Shown piece after piece: positions 20,294-28,629 of a stretch of 49,275 nt of DNA (position 1 is its first letter; each line of letters begins with the position of its first letter). Source of the DNA: Planctomycetota bacterium (lineage in GTDB: Bacteria > Planctomycetota > Planctomycetia > JALXBF01). The notes below the pieces were generated by a model, which saw nothing but the letters and a program-made list of their open reading frames with translations, was not told the DNA's origin and made no database searches. The stretch lies in assembly GCA_026991575.1 (NCBI GenBank), contig JALXBF010000122.1:1-49275 (forward strand). The letters are read 5' to 3'. Both the position numbers and the translations under genes were made by a program.

Positions 20294-21286
20294 ATGAGCC
20301 GAGTGCGAGAAGCGAAACGGCACACTCAACTGGCGGTTGACCGCCTGGAGCAGCGAGAGCTGCTTTCGGCCAACGTCGTCAACGGAACCCTGTACGTGGA
20401 AGCAGGCGACCTGGATGACGTGGTGCGCATTGACCTGCGCAACAGCTCTCTGATCGTGCGTGAAAACCACGAGCTTTACCGCTTCGACGCATCGAACGTG
20501 AACCGCATCGTCGTGCTGACCAAGGCCGGGCATGACCGGGTCACGATTGACCCGGACATCACACTGCCGGTTGTTGTGCGTGCCGGTTCGGGCGACGATA
20601 TCATCCGGGGCGGCAGCGGAAACGACCGGATCTATGGTGGCAGCGGCAACGATCGTCTCTACGGCCGCGACGGAGACGATCGCCTGTATGGTCAACGTGG
20701 TGATGACCGGCTGTTCGGCCAGGACGGCGACGACTACCTCTTCGGCCATCGGGGCCACGATGAGCTGCGCGGTGGCCGGGGTTATGACCGGCTCCGGGGC
20801 GGCCGTGACGCAGACGACTACTACGGCCACTGGGATGACGATGTACCGGGGCACGAGCTCCGCGAGTACGAGCACCACTACCGCTACGAACACCGACACC
20901 GCGATGACTCCCCTCGGGATGACTCAGGGCACTGGTCCGACAGCAGGTATGAGTATGAGGTCGAGTACAAGGCGTACCTGACTGGATCCGGTGGCCGGCA
21001 CGCAAAGGTTGAGTATGAGGTTGAGAACGAGCATGGGATGACCAAGACCGAGTTTGAGGTGAAGGTGTGGGGGGCGACGCCCGGTGAGGTGCTGGACGTC
21101 TACGTTGACGGCCAACTCGTTGGCCAGGTGCTCATCGGTCCGTACGGCACCGGCAAGCTGAAGTACACGACCTATCCGCACAAGCCTGGCCACAGGCCGT
21201 TCCCGGACAACTTCCCCACGATCACGGACGGCACCAGTGTTGCCGTGGGTGATATGAACGGCACACTGCGTGTGTGGTATTCGTAA
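20294..21286 (+). CDS. Calcium-binding (hemolysin/RTX-type GGxGxD repeat) extracellular protein with LEPRxLL-like motif
   Basis: ATG at 20294 after GGAGG; RLEQRELLS; tandem GGSGNDRIY/GxxGDDRL nonapeptides; His/Tyr/Glu-rich linker; beta-rich C-terminal domain. Confidence 0.85.
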   Translation: MSRVREAKRHTQLAVDRLEQRELLSANVVNGTLYVEAGDLDDVVRIDLRNSSLIVRENHELYRFDASNVNRIVVLTKAGHDRVTIDPDITLPVVVRAGSGDDIIRGGSGNDRIYGGSGNDRLYGRDGDDRLYGQRGDDRLFGQDGDDYLFGHRGHDELRGGRGYDRLRGGRDADDYYGHWDDDVPGHELREYEHHYRYEHRHRDDSPRDDSGHWSDSRYEYEVEYKAYLTGSGGRHAKVEYEVENEHGMTKTEFEVKVWGATPGEVLDVYVDGQLVGQVLIGPYGTGKLKYTTYPHKPGHRPFPDNFPTITDGTSVAVGDMNGTLRVWYS

Positions 21287-21327
21287 GCCGAGGACTACAG
21301 CTGGACTATCTCTGGCTCAGGCTACCG

Positions 21328-21360
21328 GAGCCGCCCCGTCAGCTGTCGGGGCGGCTCTTT
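21328..21360. terminator. Terminator hairpin between convergent genes
   Basis: GAGCCGCCCCG-8 nt-CGGGGCGGCTC then TTT. Confidence 0.75.
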
Positions 21361-21389
21361 GTGCGCGCTGGTTAGCGCCCGGTCGGTTG

Positions 21390-21641
21390 TCAGCCGGAGA
21401 ACTCAGGCTCATAGCCGGCAGCGCGGATGCGCTCCAGCAGATCCTCGATCGCAAGGTCCGCTCGCACGTGCACACGCACGGTCTTGCTCCGCGCGTCGGC
21501 CTGGACGTGAAGAACGCCGCCGAGTTGTTGCAACGAGTAGCTGATCAGACGTTCGCACGCCTGACAGGCCATATCGGGCACACGAAGCGTGACCTCACGA
21601 CCTGCCCGCCCGTGTTGCTCGCCCATCGCCCGGCCTCTCAC
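21390..21641 (-). CDS. Heavy-metal-associated (HMA) domain metallochaperone, CopZ-like
   Basis: LRVPDMACQAC (MxCxxC)...GV..V.AD...IRAAGY. Start is either GTG 21641 (overlapping the upstream stop) or ATG 21626. Confidence 0.9.
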   Translation of the reverse strand: MRGRAMGEQHGRAGREVTLRVPDMACQACERLISYSLQQLGGVLHVQADARSKTVRVHVRADLAIEDLLERIRAAGYEPEFSG

Positions 21642-22582
21642 TGCCCGTACGCCAGTCGCACGGTCCCGGAGTACTTGTCGATGATCAACCAGTTCACGCG
21701 GGAACCGTCTTTGGTTACGACCTCGACCTCAAACGTGCCGATGGTCTCGCGCACCTGACCGATCGTGAGGTTCGGGTTAGCCAGACGGCGCAGGTACGCT
21801 TCCGCCCGCTGTCGCGCCTGCTCGACAGTGCGGGGATTAACCTGAACCTGCGGTTGGCCGTCGCCGCCGACAGAAGACTCCATCTTGCCCCCGCCCATGC
21901 CCGTACCGATGGTGCCCGCCATCATCATGCGCATGCACGGGCACATCATCATCTGGTTAGCTCCTCCCCCCATCCCAGCCATGGCTCCAGCCATCATCCC
22001 GACGGCACCGGCCATGCTGGTCCCTGTCGAGCCTACTAGGCCGCTTCCCATGCCCGCAGCAGCACCGGCAAAACCGGTCACGTTACCCATCCGATCCGAT
22101 GCGATACTGGCAGCTTCCGACCGATACTGCAGCGGTTCCCCTTCGTACGGTGCGCCCAGCTCGACCCAGCGCCGCACGGCCGCCAGCACCTCCGGCCGTA
22201 CCATCGGCCCCCCCTTCGGCATCTCGCCCGCCTCGATTAGCTGAACCAGTAGGCTCTCATCCGGCTTCCCTGGCACGATCGCTTCGCCCGTGTCGCCGCC
22301 GCGCAGTGCTGCCGCGCGCCGGCTCAAATCCAGCCCCCCTTCTCTTCGGTCCGCGTTGTGGCACTTCAAACAGCTTCGCACCAGCAGAGGCCGGACGACC
22401 TGGCGGAACAGCACCAGCGCCTGCTGCTCATCGGACGTGCCGGCCATCTCACCCGGTTGCTCTGCCCCTCCGCCAACGGCCATCGGCGTCCGAGCCGCCT
22501 GGGGCACCAGGCTTGTGTACGCTACTACGAACAGGCCCATCAGGACGGAAACCAGGCCGCTCACGGCCAGATTGCGCATCAT
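21638..22582 (-). CDS. Planctomycete-type c cytochrome with Met-rich linker and PepSY-like C-terminal domain
   Basis: Start MMRNLAV at 22582 (ATGA overlap with the upstream stop); N-terminal anchor; FRQVVRPLL..SCLKCH...GGLDLS...IVPGKPDESLL...EMP...WVELGA; Met/Gly-rich segment; TVEQARQRAEAYL...FEVEVV...LIIDKYSG. Confidence 0.85.
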   Translation of the reverse strand: MMRNLAVSGLVSVLMGLFVVAYTSLVPQAARTPMAVGGGAEQPGEMAGTSDEQQALVLFRQVVRPLLVRSCLKCHNADRREGGLDLSRRAAALRGGDTGEAIVPGKPDESLLVQLIEAGEMPKGGPMVRPEVLAAVRRWVELGAPYEGEPLQYRSEAASIASDRMGNVTGFAGAAAGMGSGLVGSTGTSMAGAVGMMAGAMAGMGGGANQMMMCPCMRMMMAGTIGTGMGGGKMESSVGGDGQPQVQVNPRTVEQARQRAEAYLRRLANPNLTIGQVRETIGTFEVEVVTKDGSRVNWLIIDKYSGTVRLAYGQ

Positions 22583-24042
22583 CGCTCGTCGCTCCACCCG
22601 GCGGTCTTCCCCGCAGAAGCCAGCTCGAGCCGGTCGGTCCGGACCGGTGGGGCTGACAGGTCCAAGCACATGATCTCCTGCTCGTCCCGCACGAACAGAC
22701 GACCGGCTACCAGCGTTGGCGGCGTCCACGTTCTGTGGCGGCATAGTCGCGTGCGGGCCAGCTCGCGATAACCGTCCGGCGTGGCGGCCAGCAGCGCCAG
22801 TTTGCCGTACTCGCCCAGTACGATGAGCTTGTCGTTGCAAGCAATCAACGATCCTTTACGGAACCCACCCCGGTGCCATCGTACCCGGCCCGTCGCGAGT
22901 TCCATGCACGTCAGCCGCGTCTCGTCGAACCCGTACAGGTATTCCCCCACCAGCACCGGCGTGCTGAAGTGGTTGCGCATCGCCGTGGACCGATAGACCA
23001 CCTCGGCACCCGCGCCGCCGCCTGGCAGCGCCACGACGCGCAGCAACGCACAGCCGCGCCCGTAGCCGGTCGAAATGAACACATACGGGTCCGAAACGAT
23101 CGGCGTCGCAATGTTGCAGTCCATGGACGTCGTCCATGGGAACCGCCAGTACAGCCGACCGGTTTGCGGTTCGACGCTTACCAACGCCTCGGCCGTGAAG
23201 AACAACACCTGCGGCTGTCCGGCCAGCGTCGCATACACCGGTGACGCATAGCCGGGCCGATCATCCAAGCTCTGCCAGCGCACCGCGCCGCTGTGTCGAT
23301 CCAGCGCTGCAACCGACCGGCCGCCCGCCCCCCCAGGCATCACGAATACCAAATCTCCAACGACCAGTGGAGAAAACGACACCCCCCAATCCGGTATCCG
23401 ACCGCCGAGCTCCCCGATCAGATCGCGCCGCCAGATCGGCCTTCCAGTACGAGCATCCAGGCAGTGCATCAACCCGGTGGCCCCCACGGCGTAGACCAGG
23501 CCATCGTACACGGCCGGAGTCGACCGTGGCCCGGATCCCTGGTCGCTGACAAACGACGCCCGATAGCGGTACCGCCAGCGCTCTTCTCCTGTGGCGGCAT
23601 CCAGACAGACCACCGCCTCGTCCGGCCCATCCTGCATCATCGTGTACAACAGCCCGTCCACCACCACGATGCCCGAATAGCCCGGGCCGGTAGTCGATTG
23701 GCGCCACAGCACTGGCGGCCCGCCTTCGGGCCAGCGCGTAGCCAGCCGCTGCGGTGGTGCCATGCCATCGCGTCGTGGCCCTCGCCATTGAGGCCACCCG
23801 GTCAACGCCGCATCCGTGTCCCGGCCGGCCGGAGCTTCGCGCCCCCGGGTCGCCGGCTCGGAATCAACCGTCTGGCTGCCAGTCCGCCAGCGCCCTGCGA
23901 AGGCCACGGCTGCGACAACGACAGCCGCCGCGACCACCAGCCCGATGGCCCAGGCGACGGCTGGATACGTTGCACCACTTGAGCGGTTTCTCGTGCCCGC
24001 TGCCGAGGTACTCATCGACAACGCCGTTCTTGCAGCCCCCAT
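22579..24042 (-). CDS. PQQ-like/BamB-family beta-propeller protein (planctomycete type)
   Basis: N-terminal TM; WPQWRGPRRDG; repeated CLDAxTGxxxW blades; GPRSTP, GYASP, IATP and WTPP motifs. Confidence 0.9.
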   Translation of the reverse strand: MGAARTALSMSTSAAGTRNRSSGATYPAVAWAIGLVVAAAVVVAAVAFAGRWRTGSQTVDSEPATRGREAPAGRDTDAALTGWPQWRGPRRDGMAPPQRLATRWPEGGPPVLWRQSTTGPGYSGIVVVDGLLYTMMQDGPDEAVVCLDAATGEERWRYRYRASFVSDQGSGPRSTPAVYDGLVYAVGATGLMHCLDARTGRPIWRRDLIGELGGRIPDWGVSFSPLVVGDLVFVMPGGAGGRSVAALDRHSGAVRWQSLDDRPGYASPVYATLAGQPQVLFFTAEALVSVEPQTGRLYWRFPWTTSMDCNIATPIVSDPYVFISTGYGRGCALLRVVALPGGGAGAEVVYRSTAMRNHFSTPVLVGEYLYGFDETRLTCMELATGRVRWHRGGFRKGSLIACNDKLIVLGEYGKLALLAATPDGYRELARTRLCRHRTWTPPTLVAGRLFVRDEQEIMCLDLSAPPVRTDRLELASAGKTAGWSDER

Positions 24043-24072
24043 CTTGCCCGGCAGAAGACCTTCCGCCGGTAG

Positions 24073-24507
24073 CTATTCTGCTTGCTGACCGTCCGACTGA
24101 GTGTTGCCGACACGGAACTCGACGTAACTGGCTTCGATTCGGTACTCGGCCCCTGCCCGCACCAACTTTCCAGCCACGCGCACCCTCGACCCTACCCGCT
24201 TCTGCCTCACGTGCCACCCGGCCGGGTTCAGGTCCACCAGCACCTTCCCGCTGCCATCGTCCACCTGGAACCAGCATCCCACCGACGGGCACTGTTGCAC
24301 GACGGTGCCCTCCACGACGATCTGTTGCCCGAGCAGCTCATCGCTGAACGCTCGCACGGCAACCGTCTGGACCGCAGCCTGCGGGGGACTGCCCAGTACG
24401 GTGGCCTCGACCGCTTCCCCGGACGGCTGCCCGCAACCGGGACAGGCCAGGACGCTCAGGATTGATATCGTGATCGCAGGCAGCAGCTTCTGATCCGGTC
24501 CAACCAT
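24073..24507 (-). CDS. OB-fold lipoprotein with CxxxGC Cys pair (DUF4920-like)
   Basis: Start ATG at 24507, 2 bp after the merR-family stop; hydrophobic signal ending LACPGC; IVVEGTVVQQCPSVGCWFQVDDGSG...VRVAGKL. Confidence 0.7.
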   Translation of the reverse strand: MVGPDQKLLPAITISILSVLACPGCGQPSGEAVEATVLGSPPQAAVQTVAVRAFSDELLGQQIVVEGTVVQQCPSVGCWFQVDDGSGKVLVDLNPAGWHVRQKRVGSRVRVAGKLVRAGAEYRIEASYVEFRVGNTQSDGQQAE

Positions 24508-24509
24508 CG

Positions 24510-24935
24510 TCACTTCCGCCTGGAACGCTTCGCCAACGTGGGATCGCCGTTGAGCGATTGAATGATGGGACAAGCGGCAGATCGCTTCGTGCGGCAGGCA
24601 CACAACAATTCGTTCAACGCCTGCTGCATGGCCCGCAAGTCACGGATCTTCCGGTCGATCTCCTCTAGCTTCTGCTTGACCAGCCGTCGAACCGCTGGAG
24701 CCGCGGCCTGTGGCGCGTCGCGCAGCGCCAGTAGCTCGCGGATCTCGCGTAACGAGAACCCAAGTTCCTGGGCACGCTTCACGAACCGCACCAGGTCCAC
24801 CGTCTCGGGCGGATACTCGCGGTAGCCGGATGGACGCCGCGGCGGCGGTGGTAGGATTCCCACGCGCTCGTAGAACCGAAGCGTCTCGACGTTCACGCCA
24901 GCCTGCCGGGCGACCTCACCGCTACGCAAACCCAT
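24510..24935 (-). CDS. MerR family heavy-metal-responsive regulator (CueR-like metal loop)
   Basis: GEVARQAGVNVETLRFYERVG, SGYREY, RFVKRAQELGFSLREI; C112/C114-X7-C122-PII. Confidence 0.93.
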   Translation of the reverse strand: MGLRSGEVARQAGVNVETLRFYERVGILPPPPRRPSGYREYPPETVDLVRFVKRAQELGFSLREIRELLALRDAPQAAAPAVRRLVKQKLEEIDRKIRDLRAMQQALNELLCACRTKRSAACPIIQSLNGDPTLAKRSRRK

Positions 24936-24968
24936 AGGCCATCACCTCAGCACCGTGCAGTCCGCTAA

Positions 24969-25000
24969 AGCATAGAGTCCGTACCATGGTACGGAGTCAA
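24969..25000 (-). promoter_or_regulatory. MerR-type promoter and operator
   Basis: TTGACT (25000-24995), 20-bp spacer, TATGCT (24974-24969). Perfect 18-bp palindrome TCCGTACCATGGTACGGA at 24978-24995. Confidence 0.9.
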
Positions 25001-25090
25001 CCGGGACCGACAGCAGCCGGAGGTTGCGGTCGGTCAGTCCGGCCGGAAGCGGTGGCCGTCGGCGAAAGAGGGGAGCTTGTGCCGTTGTCG

Positions 25091-26329
25091 CTAGTGGGTT
25101 CGCAGGCGGGTTGGTCGGCCGGCTAGCGTGTTGAAGAAGTCGCGTTTCATTGCGTCTTCGTCGATGTCCAGGATTAGCCGCAGCGGTGCGGAGCGGTTGG
25201 CGGCGCGTTTCCAGCGGTATTTCTCGTCTGGACCACCTAGCTCTGCTGGCTCGACCCGCACGAGCCACGGGAGGCGGCGGGCAAGGGCAATCACGGTCGC
25301 CACGGCAGTCACGTCGTACAGCGACTTTGCGCGCTCCCGGCGTAGCACGATCGGATGAACCAGACCGCGCAGGTAGCGACCCAGTGGGTTGTCCGGATAC
25401 AGGTCTTGCTCGTGCCGCGTGTCTACGGTCAAGCTGGCTCCCGGTGGCCGTTCAAGGATCACCCACCAGGGTAGCCGACTGCGCGCGACCACGTGCACGG
25501 CCCAAGGATCGTTGCGGCCGTTGAACGAGTCGATGTGCGCGTGTTCGGGGCCGCCCCCCAGCCAGCAGATCTGGAGCCGCCCGTGCACCTCAAGTCCTTC
25601 GCGACGAGCCTGCAGGATGGCACTGGCCACGTTCGTGCACGGCCCGACCGGAATGACCCAGACAGGATCGCCGGGAACCGACCCGCGTGCCGCTGCCAGG
25701 ATCGCTTCGCTGGCCTCCGAAACCCTGGGCACGGTATCTTGCCATCGCTGGCTCGGTGGAACAACCAATCGGTAAGGCGAGCCGCGAAAAACGGGCGGGA
25801 TGCGACCGACATCCAGCCCGCTACAGCGAGCGAGATCGAGCATGTGAACGATTTCTGCGTAGTTCATCGCCTCCTGCCACGCTTCATTGGCCCGACCGCC
25901 GTGATGGGCGCTGTTGATTGCCAGAACGTCCAGCTCACTGAAGAGGGCGTAGGCAAGGTAGTGCTGGTCGTCCACTTCGTTCTTTGCATCCGTGTCCAGA
26001 ATCACGCGTGGCACAGGCCGCTCGCCCGGCCTGTACACGCGCAGCAGCATAGTACAAACGTGCCCATCAGCCCCGGTGATCAGCCGCACGTGGTAGCGTC
26101 CCGGTTGGCGAAACGTGTGCCGGACGACCGGACCGCTCGCCTCGGCACCGTCGCCGAAGGACCACCGTAGGCGCAGGGTATCATGGCGTCCGGTCGGCAC
26201 GATCGCTCGGAATTCGACCGGCCGCCCACAGACGGCTCGTTCGTTCAGCGGCTTAATGTGAACGGTGGACTCGGAGGGAAGTAAACCTAGGCCTCCTGTG
26301 AGTAACGCCACAGCAGCAAACGGCAGCAT
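25091..26329 (-). CDS. Exported PKD domain plus inosine/uridine-preferring nucleoside hydrolase-like protein
   Basis: Signal peptide; WSFGDG...HTFRQPGRYHVRL (PKD); VILDTDAKNEVDD, GPCTNVASA, WLGG, FN..NDP and LYD motifs. Confidence 0.8.
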   Translation of the reverse strand: MLPFAAVALLTGGLGLLPSESTVHIKPLNERAVCGRPVEFRAIVPTGRHDTLRLRWSFGDGAEASGPVVRHTFRQPGRYHVRLITGADGHVCTMLLRVYRPGERPVPRVILDTDAKNEVDDQHYLAYALFSELDVLAINSAHHGGRANEAWQEAMNYAEIVHMLDLARCSGLDVGRIPPVFRGSPYRLVVPPSQRWQDTVPRVSEASEAILAAARGSVPGDPVWVIPVGPCTNVASAILQARREGLEVHGRLQICWLGGGPEHAHIDSFNGRNDPWAVHVVARSRLPWWVILERPPGASLTVDTRHEQDLYPDNPLGRYLRGLVHPIVLRRERAKSLYDVTAVATVIALARRLPWLVRVEPAELGGPDEKYRWKRAANRSAPLRLILDIDEDAMKRDFFNTLAGRPTRLRTH

Positions 26330-27168
26330 GGCTCACCTCGTCCAGGTGTGCGACCGGCCCCGACGGGCAGCTGGGTGCCGGCACCGGCTCGGGACGATTT
26401 CGAACGGTGCACGACGGCCACTAGTTTAGCGGTGCACGGCCGCCTACAGCCGCGCGCGAAGACCGGCGCGCGCTTCGCGGTCGGCTGCCTATCCTATCGA
26501 CCACCATAGAGTCTGGATGAGGGTACGGTCTGGGCCGGGGCAGACCCTGGCGTGGTTGCACCGCGTCCGCAGCCCGACGAAGAGCCAACGTCTACTGCTG
26601 CAGCGTAGAGGCCACGTCGGGCGAGCGGGCTGTCGCCGGAGCACGACGTTTGGTGAGAACAGAGTTCGGCGACGCCGCGCAAGGGGTGCTTGTCCGGTTG
26701 GAACCGCTCAATGAGCGAGGAGCCGGTAACTGGTTTCCGAGACGAGCGGCGGCCTTGCAAAGCGGTCCATTGACCGGCTCGCTGCTGCGAGACCGCATTG
26801 GCAAGATCCGTATGGCTCGTCAGCTCCCGCTCGATCTTGCCAGTGGGCAGACTGGCGGCAGACCGTTCAGTCCCGAGCACGTTGCCGATGGGCTCGCCGC
26901 TAGAGCCTATCTGCTGCGAGCACTCTCAGCGCCCGGCGCCGCGACAGGTGTGGGGTTCGGGAAAGCCGCTCTCGGGACAAGCGTAGCTTGTCGTCGCCGG
27001 AGCTACGCACATGGATTCGAACGCACGCGCAGACCTCGCCGGTGCCGAGGTTTGTAATGCCGTTGGTACCGCCGTGCGATCCGGCACAGGTGGGAAACCG
27101 GATCGCGTTGCGGCCGTTAGGGCGGTAAGCCCGTGCTTCTTGCATTCCGCTCCGGCAAAGGACGTCAG

Positions 27169-27242
27169 TGCGCCCGGAGGGACTCGAACCCCCAGCCTGC
27201 GGATTAGAAATCCGCTGCTCTATCCAATTGAGCTACGGGCGC
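27169..27242 (-). tRNA. tRNA-Arg (anticodon UCU), CCA not encoded
   Basis: GCGCCCGTAGCTCAATTGGATAGAGCA-GCGGA-TTTCTAA-TCCGC-AGGCTGGGGGTTCGAGTCCCTCCGGGCGCA; complete cloverleaf. Confidence 0.97.
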
Positions 27243-27729
27243 GGTTGCATGTAGAACAAACGCACGTAATTCTAAGCGATCGTACCTCGTAGTGTTTCGC
27301 CCTTGGGCACTCCTGACGCAGCCGACTCAGCTCCTGCGGACGCTCCCCCCGGAGCGCGTCTCCAGGAGGCGGGGAGCGAAGTGGGCCGTGACACTGCTTC
27401 GCGCAGGGTCGGCCGGTATGCCTGCCAGACCCCGCGGAACTGGCGATCGGGAGAGCTAGCGCCTCGGCCCGTGCCGCTGCCAGGCAACCGGCAGCACGAA
27501 GCCACTGCCCGCTCCACGCGGGCTAAGCTACCGGGTCCGGCACCTCGTTCGGAAACACCCGCCGTCCGCTTTGTCCTTGCGTCCCTGCGTCCACGCCACA
27601 AGAGCAAAATCGGCTTGCCTCCGACAGTGTGTCCCGGCCAAGCCGGTCCGGACAGATCCCGCTCGGTTCACCTCTCACGCCGGGGTCGCTACGGGCAGCC
27701 AATGCGCTGCTGGCGTGTCAGCCCGGCGG

Positions 27730-28449
27730 TCACGGGTTCGCCGGAGGCTGAACCCTAACACCGCGAAGCACGAAATCGTCAAAGATGCCCGTGTCATCGA
27801 ACGAGCCCACGCCCACACGGCCCCAGACGAACGTCTTGTCCTCCGCCGTCATGATCGGCTCGGGCTTATCGTCGATAAACACGGCAATCCGGCCATCGGC
27901 GACCGTGCGTTCGATCCGCACCGTGTGCCAGCCCTGATCCCATGCAAACCCATCGGTTCGTTGCTTGGCAATCGACCGCCGCGGCCGGCCGTTGACCAGG
28001 AAGATCGAGTGGGCGTGCGGATCGGCCTGGCGAGCGATGTGCACGTAGTAGAAATGCTTCGCATCCTGGTAACCGAAGAACAGGCAGAGGTCGCGGTGCG
28101 GGTAGTCCTGCGTGGTAGACCGGACGCGCACCTGGAGCACGAAGTCGCTGACGACCCGGTCCTTCACCAAGGCGATGTTGACCGGACTGCGTACTGGTGG
28201 GTTGTACTGGCTCTGGCGGAACAGGGCGAGATAGCGGTTGGTGCGACCGTTGATTCGCATCTGGTCCAGCGCCCAAGCGGACGGGTCGGTGAACTCCCAG
28301 TCCTTCAGGCTGCTGTCCGTCTCGAAATCGGTCTGGTATACGACCGGCAGCGCGTCGAGTTTGCCGTTCTTCTTCTCTTGATCTTGGCCAGCCCACACAA
28401 GAATCGACAGGCTCAAGACCGCTGCTGCCAGAAGCAGACCAAAACGCAT
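27730..28449 (-). CDS. Secreted ConA/LamG-like beta-sandwich protein (DUF1080-like)
   Basis: Start MRFGLLLAAAV at 28449; SDFVLQVRV, DLCLFFGYQD, WHTVRIER, GRVGVGSFDD..FDD pattern. Confidence 0.7.
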   Translation of the reverse strand: MRFGLLLAAAVLSLSILVWAGQDQEKKNGKLDALPVVYQTDFETDSSLKDWEFTDPSAWALDQMRINGRTNRYLALFRQSQYNPPVRSPVNIALVKDRVVSDFVLQVRVRSTTQDYPHRDLCLFFGYQDAKHFYYVHIARQADPHAHSIFLVNGRPRRSIAKQRTDGFAWDQGWHTVRIERTVADGRIAVFIDDKPEPIMTAEDKTFVWGRVGVGSFDDTGIFDDFVLRGVRVQPPANP

Positions 28450-28629
28450 CGGTGCCGTCTCCCGTTGTGCCCGCAAGGGGCGAAGGTATCGGGGCAGATC
28501 CGAAGTGACCGACCAAACCGCGAGCTCAAGCCGCCACGTGCCTCCTTGACCAGCAAGTAGTTTACCCAAGCATCCCAGATCTTTCAATTTTGCCAGACCA
28601 CCGCAGTACGGCCGGGGCGGCAGCCCAGC

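Noticed and set aside
20590..20830. 27-bp periodic repeats considered as a CRISPR array or DNA repeat
   Set aside because: Degenerate coding repeats of RTX nonapeptides; no identical repeats with unique spacers and no cas genes.
21390..25000. Classical mer operon
   Set aside because: No merA, merT or merB, and the regulator lacks the C82-equivalent Cys.
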